From positions 19,838 to 83,837 of the IMG/VR virus record IMGVR_UViG_3300032220_000872: DNA of 64,000 nucleotides; one strand, given 5' to 3'. Under the pieces are notes generated by a model, which did no database searches, had not been told where the DNA came from, and was given only the letters and a program-made list of their open reading frames with translations. Position 1 is the stretch's first letter; each line of letters starts with the position of its first letter. A program made the translations under genes and the position numbers. Below are positions 39,718 to 48,312 of the stretch, piece by piece. The DNA comes from a virus.

Positions 39718-40820
39718 AAATTACTCAAGTCGTTTGCTAATATTTTAAAATATTCTTTGTTAGCATTCAAAGGCATCTGATATAGATTTTTATATTCTCT
39801 TTTTTGAACCATGTACATACTGCCGTATGTGTTCAGTATAGTAACTCCATTGTTTTTAAAACATTCAGTGGCTTGCTGTTGCACTTGTTTAAAATTGGAC
39901 AATGTTTGTTCTTTCTGCAGTATATCAATGTATTTCAAAGCACTGTAGACACCTGATAGACTGAAATTGTATGTGAATCCGTGATCCCAATCAAAGTCTT
40001 TGGGCAGCACCTCATGCAGTTTTTCATTGTACAGCATCATGCTGAGTGGAAAATATCCTGCAGTAATGGCCTTGCCCATGGTGAATATGTCCGGCTGCAA
40101 AGGTATACTGTGATATCCAAAATAGTCACCTGTTTTTCCACCACCCACAAATATATCATCCAAGATAATCAACACGTCATGTTCTTGTTGTAGATGTTGT
40201 AGTTTTTTCCAAAACTCCACTGAGTTGGATTCCATATTGCCACCATAAGAACAGGTTTCCACAACCACTGCCATCACTTCACTCCAATCGGTATGAGTGA
40301 TATCAAAAGATCGTGGCAATCTTTGGATGGCTGAATATTTGGGCAGATTATAAAATGGATTTTTAAATAGTAAATCACCCATGTTATAATTTAAAAACGT
40401 GCTGCCGTGATAACTGCCTTCAAAACTGATTATTTTTGTTTTTTTTATATTTTTTTTAATATGATGATAGGCAGCTGCCAACTTTACGGCACCTTCATTG
40501 GCATCACTGCCACTGAGAGCAAATACACTTCTGTAGCCATTGCTCATAGAGTATAAAGTGCTGCTCAATTGATAGGTGGCATCGTTCAATCTTAATTTTT
40601 CGTACTCCAGCACTGATTCAGCTATTTCAGGTTTTTTATTTTTCATTTCATTGCACACATAATCCACTATATCGTCACGCTGAAATCCCAACACAAAGCA
40701 GCCATAATGCAACAAAGGATCCACAGTTTTACAATTATTTTCAATCACACCAAATTGCCAGTGTGCTGCTTCTTTGTGTGTAGACTGCTGTCTGCCAGGT
40801 ATAAGTCCTTTGAGAGTCAT
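39714..40820 (-). CDS. Class III PLP-dependent aminotransferase
   Basis: SGSDANEGA.K, SYHGST, DDIFVGGGKTG, PDIFTMGKAITAGYFPLS (PLP Lys), HGFTY. Confidence 0.85.
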   Translation of the reverse strand: MTLKGLIPGRQQSTHKEAAHWQFGVIENNCKTVDPLLHYGCFVLGFQRDDIVDYVCNEMKNKKPEIAESVLEYEKLRLNDATYQLSSTLYSMSNGYRSVFALSGSDANEGAVKLAAAYHHIKKNIKKTKIISFEGSYHGSTFLNYNMGDLLFKNPFYNLPKYSAIQRLPRSFDITHTDWSEVMAVVVETCSYGGNMESNSVEFWKKLQHLQQEHDVLIILDDIFVGGGKTGDYFGYHSIPLQPDIFTMGKAITAGYFPLSMMLYNEKLHEVLPKDFDWDHGFTYNFSLSGVYSALKYIDILQKEQTLSNFKQVQQQATECFKNNGVTILNTYGSMYMVQKREYKNLYQMPLNANKEYFKILANDLSNL

Positions 40821-40828
40821 ATTTTTAA

Positions 40829-41371
40829 TTATAGTATTTCAAATTGCAATTGATCGTATGTGATGACAGAAGTGTTATCAAAAACTTTTTTGGTTTGCAC
40901 ACTGAAACAACAATAACCGCTGGCATCTATTAGATCCTTGAAATTTATGTTTTGATTTTGCCCTTGATGATATTCTTTGCCCACTGTGTGAGTGTATTGA
41001 TTACATTTTACTGTGATGCAATAGTCATCCGACACATGTTCACTGCCTTGCACACCGTTCAGTCTGATCAACTGCACATGACTTTGATACAGATAGTTTA
41101 TTGGTTTGAGACTCCATATAATTTTAGCCTGCTCTTCAACCGAATGAAATTTAATATCATAATGGAATTCAAAAACATTGATAATATTTTTATCCAACAC
41201 AATAGACTTTTCTAATATTATAGGTAGATTTTCCTCTGCATCATCAATATTGGTGAATATTTTTTGTGTGTTATGGTAAACGTCTAACTTGTTGATGTAA
41301 TTGTCGTGTTGACGAGACATGTATCTTTTGTTAAGATCTTTGGGGCAGGTAATACGCACGGTTCTATTCAT
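40829..41371 (-). CDS. Hypothetical protein
   Basis: ORF inside the - strand operon, overlapping the upstream stop. Confidence 0.55.
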   Translation of the reverse strand: MNRTVRITCPKDLNKRYMSRQHDNYINKLDVYHNTQKIFTNIDDAEENLPIILEKSIVLDKNIINVFEFHYDIKFHSVEEQAKIIWSLKPINYLYQSHVQLIRLNGVQGSEHVSDDYCITVKCNQYTHTVGKEYHQGQNQNINFKDLIDASGYCCFSVQTKKVFDNTSVITYDQLQFEIL

Positions 41372-41957
41372 GGATATAATCTTTGAATATTTGCACAGCT
41401 TCTTCAAATTGTAGATGTGTGTTATCTAATTTTAATAGAGTAAAGCATAATGTCCAACGATCTTCAGTCATGTTGGGATTGAATGTGCTGTGCAATTGTC
41501 CTATGTTCATTAGGCTGGGTTGATTGATCACTTGTTCATGCATCAGATCACAATCTTCTTCACGTGCTGTATAAGCATCTGTGATCACTATATCGGACAC
41601 TAACCCTGCAGCTGATATGTGACGATTGTCTGGTTTGACTGGTTTTAGATATTCTGGTTGTTTCACACGCCACCATCTGGTTACACTGTTGTCTGGACCC
41701 CAAGTAAAATTTATTTTAGTAGCATTACACAGTGTGGGGGTGTCATTATGCATGGGTATCTTCCCACCATTTGTGGGAGTATAAAATCCTTCCATAAGAT
41801 TGGAAACCTTTACACCGTGCAGTTGAATCCAATCGATAACACGTGTGTCAACGTATTGTGAATCTACCAACACAATATCAGCATGATCTAAAGTTTTAAA
41901 ACAATCAGGTTTTTTCACTGTGAAAGGCAGTTGTAGATATCTATGATAGATGTTCAT
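41364..41957 (-). CDS. 2OG-Fe(II)/cupin oxygenase-like protein
   Basis: IPMHND...LHSTFN.....RWTL (HxD...H...R). Confidence 0.6.
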   Translation of the reverse strand: MNIYHRYLQLPFTVKKPDCFKTLDHADIVLVDSQYVDTRVIDWIQLHGVKVSNLMEGFYTPTNGGKIPMHNDTPTLCNATKINFTWGPDNSVTRWWRVKQPEYLKPVKPDNRHISAAGLVSDIVITDAYTAREEDCDLMHEQVINQPSLMNIGQLHSTFNPNMTEDRWTLCFTLLKLDNTHLQFEEAVQIFKDYIHE

Positions 41958-41958
41958 T

Positions 41959-42765
41959 TTAGTAATTTTGTAGATGTTCTATGCCTAATTTTTTTCTAAA
42001 TTCATCTGTGAACACACAATCAATTCGTAATCCGTACTCTTGTTCACGATTGATTTCACCACCATGCCAGTCTTGGTCGTTCCAGAAAGCTGCATTGGCA
42101 TTGATGTAGGTTTTGTTCTTGGACTCAGGATCCCAAATATAGAATCCTCTTTTAGTATTGTGACGTATGTGTATGAACTCATTGCGATGATCACTGTAGC
42201 CTTGTTGATCGCCCAGTTTACCATCCAAATCTCTGTGTTCAAAAGGCTGTCCGTCATGCTCACAGTGAAAGAATATCACTCTACCTATCTGACTAATAAT
42301 GTTTTGATTCATAAGATTTTTAACCCATGTGACTAATCCAGGAAAGTATTTGGATTCTTCTGTGAGATTTCTTTCTGAATTTCTATGATCCCAATCTCCT
42401 TCGTTCCATAAAAAATAATATATGTAAGGATCTTTAGCACCCAGCACTGCTTTGAGATAGCGTGTGAATTGATTGCGTGTGCGATAGTCTTTGATGTTGT
42501 TCATCAAATCATCACCGTGCTGTCTTATGGGATGATTCTCTGGCAAGGCTTTGTATTCTGCCAGTGCTTGATAGATTGGTTTCCAATTGAGAGTATAGCT
42601 CATGTCTTTGATGTTGAATCCTGGTGACATCCATGTGCCTTCTTTGGCATATTCTCTAGCCAAAGCAAATCCTCGACAAATTTCAGGATGTAATTTCCTA
42701 AAACCTTCTATATCCAAATGTGGAGTTAAATCAATATATGGTCGACCACCAATTCCTCTTATCAT
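41959..42765 (-). CDS. 2OG-Fe(II)/cupin oxygenase-like protein
   Basis: EHRD...WNDQDWHGG...LRID; paralogue of 36167..36922. Confidence 0.6.
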   Translation of the reverse strand: MIRGIGGRPYIDLTPHLDIEGFRKLHPEICRGFALAREYAKEGTWMSPGFNIKDMSYTLNWKPIYQALAEYKALPENHPIRQHGDDLMNNIKDYRTRNQFTRYLKAVLGAKDPYIYYFLWNEGDWDHRNSERNLTEESKYFPGLVTWVKNLMNQNIISQIGRVIFFHCEHDGQPFEHRDLDGKLGDQQGYSDHRNEFIHIRHNTKRGFYIWDPESKNKTYINANAAFWNDQDWHGGEINREQEYGLRIDCVFTDEFRKKLGIEHLQNY

Positions 42766-42768
42766 TCA

Positions 42769-42788
42769 AATATTTAGTGTTAAATATT
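42769..42788. promoter_or_regulatory. Palindromic back-to-back late-promoter pair AATATTTA-GTGT-TAAATATT
   Basis: Perfect 8-bp inverted repeat giving TAAATA on both strands between divergent genes; extra - copy at 42800-42805. Confidence 0.65.
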
Positions 42789-42804
42789 GTGGACAAAAAT
42801 ATTT

Positions 42805-43377
42805 ATGAATTACAAATTGGTACCATATTCTGAATCAATTGATTTGACAGAATTTTATCTTCAAGCGGAATCCAAAGGGTTCAAAAACAACAGCAGCAAA
42901 AAAATGTTGGTGGACAGTGTCTCCACAGAACGACTTTCACGTGTCTGGATTCTCTATTACAACAATGAAATAGTTGGTACCACTGCTGCTCACAGTTTTG
43001 ATGAAATGGGACCAAATTGTTTTCGTATTGCTGTGAGATCTTGTGCGTTCACAGATCGTATGCCCATTAAAAGAGTAAGAACCCGAACGGGAATAGTCGA
43101 ACATCAGCATGTGAGTCCACAATTTTTTATGACTGCTGGCATAGAATGGGCAGGCAAAGATAAAAATTTTTATATCACTTCAAACAAAAACAGCTGGGGC
43201 ACTCAACAGAGAGTTCACAGAACTTGGGCTCCCATATTGGCCAAAACAGGTTGTTTGGAGCACTGTGGTGAAATGTTTTACAGAGGAACCGAACAAACCA
43301 TTTGGAAAGTGAACGTAGAAGTGTTCTATCAACAATTGGATCAATACGGCAGATGGCCTATTGATTGGACTTTATAA
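42805..43377 (+). CDS. GNAT-like acyltransferase-fold protein
   Basis: WILYYNNEIVG..AAH...RI..R pattern resembling GNAT strands; weak. Confidence 0.4.
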   Translation: MNYKLVPYSESIDLTEFYLQAESKGFKNNSSKKMLVDSVSTERLSRVWILYYNNEIVGTTAAHSFDEMGPNCFRIAVRSCAFTDRMPIKRVRTRTGIVEHQHVSPQFFMTAGIEWAGKDKNFYITSNKNSWGTQQRVHRTWAPILAKTGCLEHCGEMFYRGTEQTIWKVNVEVFYQQLDQYGRWPIDWTL

Positions 43378-44065
43378 GTCGAATAAAAAATCCAGACAAA
43401 TCCGGAAAAGGATTACGCCAAGCAGTGGAATTGATGTGATGATATTTGTGCCATCCTTCACCAGCCACAGTCCATGCTATTAATTTGCTGTCAGACACTT
43501 CACCATTCCAATGATTGAAAACATTCACTATGCCACCCATGACCACACTCAACACTGTGGGAAACACCCACAAAGGAAAAATCAATATGGGGTTAATAAT
43601 AGCCAATAATACAATATAAAAAGATAACAGTTTAAAATAATGTTTATGAACAAATTTATGTTCAGAATATTTTAAAAGTCTTGCTGCATATCTAGGTTCC
43701 ACATCATAAGCATCAAAGAAATATCCAAAAAATACTTTGAAGTGTCCTTTGAATTTGGGAGAGTGTGAATCTTGTTCAGTGTCAGAAAATCTATGATGTT
43801 TCAAATGCACAGCAGTCCACGCCACAGTGGAACCTAAGGTGACTATGCTGCTGCAGAACAATAAAAAATAATGCCAAAATTTATTTGTGTTGAAACTTTT
43901 ATGAGTGAAGTATCTGTGCAGTCCTATGATGTGTCCAAACACTGCCAGCAAATAGCCAATGATTAAACAGTATATCAGTGTGACAAGTGGTAAAAAAACA
44001 AGACTGATAAAAAATAAAAACCATCCGATAGAATGAAATACCAATAATTTTTTATTGTCTGACAT
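43358..44065 (-). CDS. Membrane fatty-acid desaturase (delta-9-like)
   Basis: Three His boxes GLHRYFTH, HLKHH, GEGWHKYHH; D.HSP; hydrophobic TM segments. Confidence 0.9.
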   Translation of the reverse strand: MSDNKKLLVFHSIGWFLFFISLVFLPLVTLIYCLIIGYLLAVFGHIIGLHRYFTHKSFNTNKFWHYFLLFCSSIVTLGSTVAWTAVHLKHHRFSDTEQDSHSPKFKGHFKVFFGYFFDAYDVEPRYAARLLKYSEHKFVHKHYFKLLSFYIVLLAIINPILIFPLWVFPTVLSVVMGGIVNVFNHWNGEVSDSKLIAWTVAGEGWHKYHHINSTAWRNPFPDLSGFFIRLIKSNQ

Positions 44066-44072
44066 GATGTAT

Positions 44073-44123
44073 TACTTATGTGTGAACACATTTATTTTTG
44101 GACCTTTTGAATGACCATAAATA
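44073..44123. promoter_or_regulatory. Divergent late-promoter-like motifs: TAAGTA (-, 44073-44078) and TAAATA (+, 44118-44123)
   Basis: CATAAGTA and CATAAATA face the divergent desaturase and kinase-like genes. Confidence 0.55.
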
Positions 44124-44144
44124 CTTGCACAAACACGCTCTAAT

Positions 44145-44834
44145 ATGAAACCAAATTATCATTACTATTACAACGACGTGCCAGGCAAAGGATTGTGCAG
44201 GAACAATCTTGTGTACACCAGTCTTATCAATCAAAATAAGACAGAATTTGTGCAGTGGTTTCACAACGACACTGCTTATCATCGAGATCAAAATGAAGTG
44301 ATGGATCCCATACTGATGGAACAAAAGTGGCAGAGAGAAGTGGACATGCTGCTGATGATGCATCACAATTTTCCAGAACACATTCCTGACATATTGGAAA
44401 TAGATTATGACAATAAAAAAATTATCTATGGCATCAATGGTGTGGATTTTTGGGAACAGAGTCACACAGTGGGCATGGATACAGTGTTGCCCAACTGGCG
44501 TGAACAAATGTTGGAGATACTGCAAGCACACAAAACACTGGGCTTGTACAAGTATAGTCTACACCCCAGCAGCTATTTTATAGTGGAAGGCAAATTAAAA
44601 AGTGTGAACTATTTCTTTTGTTACCACAAGAGTGAACCATTCATCACAGTGCAGGATCATTTCAGTCACATCTCTCAAGACAGAAGAACATTTTTGCTGC
44701 CCAAAATGAAAGAACTGCAAATTGACCTACACACTCCCACAGATTTTGCCAGTTTGCAAATATTGTGTTTGGAAAGTTTTAGAAACAATTATCCCAAAGA
44801 ATTTATAGATGCTGCTATAGCATTGTACAAATAA
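44145..44834 (+). CDS. Protein-kinase-like fold protein with degenerate catalytic loop
   Basis: REV..L......IPDILEID, PNWREQM.EIL, KYSLHPSSYF; aligns by eye with 34989..35624. Confidence 0.5.
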   Translation: MKPNYHYYYNDVPGKGLCRNNLVYTSLINQNKTEFVQWFHNDTAYHRDQNEVMDPILMEQKWQREVDMLLMMHHNFPEHIPDILEIDYDNKKIIYGINGVDFWEQSHTVGMDTVLPNWREQMLEILQAHKTLGLYKYSLHPSSYFIVEGKLKSVNYFFCYHKSEPFITVQDHFSHISQDRRTFLLPKMKELQIDLHTPTDFASLQILCLESFRNNYPKEFIDAAIALYK

Positions 44835-44836
44835 TC

Positions 44837-45985
44837 ATGGAAGATACAAAAACTATCAGTTTGTGTGATGTTTGCTATAGACACTGTGAAGCAGAGCGTA
44901 TCACACGTGAAGATGGAGTATATCTTGTAAAAACCTGTGAAGAGCATGGCGTAATGCAGCACATGGTGGAACGAGATATCGAATTTTATCAGCAACTGCA
45001 TTATGATGTGGAAGGTTACACCATACCACATGGTATAATGGTGGAGGTCACTGACAAATGTAATTTAAATTGCCCACATTGTTATCATAAACCTGACAAT
45101 AAATTGCTGGATCGATCCATAGAAAGTATCTGTAAACAAATCGAAGAAAAATTTCATGCAGAATCTGGCGCAGTGATATTGGCAGGTGCTGAGCCCACAG
45201 TGCGTAAGGATCTTCCTGAACTCATACATGAGATAAAAAAATTATTGCAAAGATTAGGTAGACCCACAGATGTTTGCATATTGACCAATGGAGTAAAATT
45301 ATCTGACAGAGCATGGGTTAAGGAAATTGCGGCTGCTGGCACCACCATGGTTATGATTGGTTTAAATCATCACACCTATCAAGGACACACAGTGCACCAA
45401 AAACAATTGCAAGGCATAGAAAATTGTATTGCAGAAGGAATTTTTGTGTACTATGTGGGATATACATTGGAGAGTTTGGATCATATGGAAGAGGTGCTGG
45501 AGGAGATTCAATCTTTGGGTGATAAAAGTTGGCAATATAGAATAAGAGCTGGATCAGACATAGGCAGAGCACCCAATGAACCTAGATTTTTTCTCAGTGA
45601 TCACGTAGCTCTAATCAAATCTATTTGTGATCGCAAAGGATGGCATTGGGAAAAACACACAGCAGATGACAATCTTTACCACTACATGGTGAACATCAAC
45701 GGTATTACTCACAGAATCATACAGTGGAGTGATGTTAAAACCATTGACTTGGAACAATTAAAATGCGGACCTTGGTGTGATTTTGTGCCAGGCAAACCTG
45801 TGACAAATTTTTTACATCAAATCATGTTACGTGATGCTGCTGTGAATAAAAAAATGATACTGTACGATACCGTGCCGTCACGTTATGTTATTCAATCAAA
45901 AAATATAGATTACAAACCTTCTCAATGGACCAATCGCAGTTGGGCTGATTATAAAATCAAACAATCTAAATTGTTAAAAAATTAA
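44837..45985 (+). CDS. Radical SAM protein with N-terminal metal-binding domain (Tes/MJ0619-like architecture)
   Basis: TISLCDVC...GVYLVKTCEEHG N-terminus, CNLNCPHC, GAEPT, LTNG. Confidence 0.8.
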   Translation: MEDTKTISLCDVCYRHCEAERITREDGVYLVKTCEEHGVMQHMVERDIEFYQQLHYDVEGYTIPHGIMVEVTDKCNLNCPHCYHKPDNKLLDRSIESICKQIEEKFHAESGAVILAGAEPTVRKDLPELIHEIKKLLQRLGRPTDVCILTNGVKLSDRAWVKEIAAAGTTMVMIGLNHHTYQGHTVHQKQLQGIENCIAEGIFVYYVGYTLESLDHMEEVLEEIQSLGDKSWQYRIRAGSDIGRAPNEPRFFLSDHVALIKSICDRKGWHWEKHTADDNLYHYMVNINGITHRIIQWSDVKTIDLEQLKCGPWCDFVPGKPVTNFLHQIMLRDAAVNKKMILYDTVPSRYVIQSKNIDYKPSQWTNRSWADYKIKQSKLLKN

Positions 45986-45996
45986 AATAAAAAGTA

Positions 45997-47340
45997 TTAG
46001 TATGCTACGAAGTTAGTGAAGTGTACTTCGTATTTGAAAACCGTACCAGATGAAAATGTGTTAGGTGTCTGCACTCTCAATCTCACGTTTGCTCCACTGA
46101 TATCAGCTGTGACGGCATTCACTGGGTTGGAGCCGGTAAATGTGGATTGAATAGATTGTATGCTGGCTGCTCCAGTACCGTTCGCAATTAAAAATTCTCC
46201 AATATAGCTGTCATTGGCACTCCAATGCACGTGAATGGTCACTTTGGCTGCTCTGTAAATTGCGTGAGCATAAGTCAATGCTGTGTAGGTTTCCAGAGTG
46301 CTGCTGGTCACTTGTGTGTATGTGCCTGAATTCATTCCGGTCAAAACTTTTTCCACACCAGCTGCAGTGTTGAAAGATGCATTGCCTGCCACTGATAATG
46401 TGGCAGTGGGAGTGGTTAAGTTCACTCCTAGTTCACCAAATGAATTGAATACTAAACTTTTTAAAGTAGATCCGCCATCATCAGAAGTAACAAAACCTAT
46501 GATGCCTGGCACTGATCCTGGTGATACTGGATTGTTGGAGTCTGTTTCCACATTGGCAAACATGGCACTGGAAAATCTGTATGCAGATCCATCATAGCCA
46601 TTGGCCACTATGGTGAACAATGGATCACCTTGTTGCACAGAAGTGGGAATACTTAAAGTGCCTCTGGATACTTGAATTTCAAAACTGTCAGCATTGACAC
46701 CATCTGTGAGTGAAGTGGTTTCAATGGCTTTGTTACTGATAACTGGTGATTTGATTCTTATGCCTACACCCAGTGCTGAGTTGTTGGTTCCGAATTGCAC
46801 TATGTCCAGTCCGTTCAACAGTGTGATCACATTGTCCTGCATCACAATGTCGCCGTTGGTTAGATAATTGTTGCTGGGATCCACAGAAACATACAAGTTT
46901 CCATTCACGTTGGAATACAAAGATCCAAAAATTTTCTTCTGAATAGCATCTATCACTGTGCTGGAGTCATCAGCAAACACAGAACCTACCAAATCTCCTG
47001 TGACGTTGCCATCCACATTTCCAGTAAGATTACCTGTGACATTGCCTGTGACGTTGCCGCTCACATTGCCTGTTAAATTTCCAAACAAACTGGTGAAGCG
47101 ACCTGTTGCATACACATTGCCCACTGCACCTATGTTGCGAGTGTTGGTTACATCAGGAGTAATATTGCTGGCAATGCCTAAGAATGTTGTGGCTGCACCA
47201 GAATCCACAGCCACTCCGCCTGCAGTGGTTCCATCACCCACATATAATAGTTTGGTATCTGTGGTGTAGATTAATTCCCCTTCTGCTGGGGTTATCAGCA
47301 ATCTTTGTGCGTTTGATCCACGTCTTAGTTTGAGTGCCAT
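45997..47340 (-). CDS. Fibre/receptor-binding virion protein with Mtd-like N-terminal domain
   Basis: MALKLRRG......TPAEGELIYTTDTK.LYVGDGTT.GG N-terminus; GNVTG/GNLTG repeats. Confidence 0.75.
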   Translation of the reverse strand: MALKLRRGSNAQRLLITPAEGELIYTTDTKLLYVGDGTTAGGVAVDSGAATTFLGIASNITPDVTNTRNIGAVGNVYATGRFTSLFGNLTGNVSGNVTGNVTGNLTGNVDGNVTGDLVGSVFADDSSTVIDAIQKKIFGSLYSNVNGNLYVSVDPSNNYLTNGDIVMQDNVITLLNGLDIVQFGTNNSALGVGIRIKSPVISNKAIETTSLTDGVNADSFEIQVSRGTLSIPTSVQQGDPLFTIVANGYDGSAYRFSSAMFANVETDSNNPVSPGSVPGIIGFVTSDDGGSTLKSLVFNSFGELGVNLTTPTATLSVAGNASFNTAAGVEKVLTGMNSGTYTQVTSSTLETYTALTYAHAIYRAAKVTIHVHWSANDSYIGEFLIANGTGAASIQSIQSTFTGSNPVNAVTADISGANVRLRVQTPNTFSSGTVFKYEVHFTNFVAY

Positions 47341-47371
47341 ATGCTGTGTTGCTCCTTGTGTATTACTTGTG

Positions 47372-47379
47372 TATTTATA
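47372..47379 (-). promoter_or_regulatory. Canonical T4-type late promoter TATAAATA
   Basis: Exact TATAAATA on - strand, then AAGGAG SD and ATG at 47340. Confidence 0.75.
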
Positions 47380-47409
47380 TCTACAATTGGGTTTATGGCC
47401 TTGTACATT

Positions 47410-47724
47410 TTACTTTTTAAAGAACTTTTTGGTGTGTTTTTCAATGTCTTTTTTGACCTTTTCTGTGTCCAGTCTAAAATCCACATTTTTGATGCTGTCT
47501 GTGTAGGTCTTAAACAGATCATTTAATGTCTGTTCTAGATTGCTGTTGGTGAGTTTTTTTGTGTTGTTTTTGACTTTGATATCCCATTTTTTACCATCCT
47601 TAAAAGTGACCTTGATGGCCAGCAGGTATTGAATGGGTATGGCCCGCACCGTGACATCACTGAATACTTCGGGCCAATGATCCACCACATTTTTGGGCAA
47701 ATTTTTTTTGCCAAATATCACCAT
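47410..47724 (-). CDS. Hypothetical phage protein
   Basis: Basic ~104-aa ORF in the - strand gene run. Confidence 0.6.
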   Translation of the reverse strand: MVIFGKKNLPKNVVDHWPEVFSDVTVRAIPIQYLLAIKVTFKDGKKWDIKVKNNTKKLTNSNLEQTLNDLFKTYTDSIKNVDFRLDTEKVKKDIEKHTKKFFKK

Positions 47725-47733
47725 ACTGTGCAA

Positions 47734-48312
47734 TTATTCAGAGTGTTTGTGTTTGAGCTCGTCTGCTTGTTTTCTCAGTCGTGCTGCTTCTTTGTACAAT
47801 CTATCAGCATCACTTCTCAATTTGGCAGCCAATTGCTCGTCAGTCATCACTGTTTCGTTCTTCACAGATTCTATCACTGGATTCACTATCTGTCTAGCTT
47901 GTGTGTTTGCTGGTGTTTCATTGCCAGGCGTAAGTGCTAATTCAGCAATCTTCAAACCTTTTTGCTGTGCTATGGCAGCATTCAAAGCATCCAAACTGAT
48001 GGTGGTGAATTGATTTGGAGTCATTTCTATTTCGTTGGCTTTAACTTTTTTCATCAATCCTTTCACGTGGAATCTAGCCAGCATAATGGAACCATCACCC
48101 AATGGGGTACGGGCCATTGCTTCAGCTAATTCATATGAAGTTTGACTGGCAGCACTGTGGATTAAATCCATCAGTCTTGTGTGCTCATCTGATTCCAAAC
48201 TGCTGGTGGGTACCACCAATGCGTGTTCAGGATCACTGGGCAATACTCTATACACCACTCCTACTACTTCTTTGGTGTCTTTGAATCTGCCCAAATGTTT
48301 CACTTCACTCAT
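47734..48312 (-). CDS. Hypothetical phage protein (C-terminal coiled coil)
   Basis: 192-aa ORF, TAATG coupling, GGAG SD. Confidence 0.7.
   Translation of the reverse strand: MSEVKHLGRFKDTKEVVGVVYRVLPSDPEHALVVPTSSLESDEHTRLMDLIHSAASQTSYELAEAMARTPLGDGSIMLARFHVKGLMKKVKANEIEMTPNQFTTISLDALNAAIAQQKGLKIAELALTPGNETPANTQARQIVNPVIESVKNETVMTDEQLAAKLRSDADRLYKEAARLRKQADELKHKHSE

Noticed and set aside
47000-47090. Short tandem DNA repeats (CCTGTGACRTT) as a CRISPR or regulatory array
   Set aside because: They encode GNVTG/GNLTG fibre repeats; there are no spacers or cas genes
45997-47340. Diversity-generating retroelement target (Mtd-like gene)
   Set aside because: Only the N-terminal Mtd-like domain is present; no reverse transcriptase or TR/VR repeat pair is visible in the window
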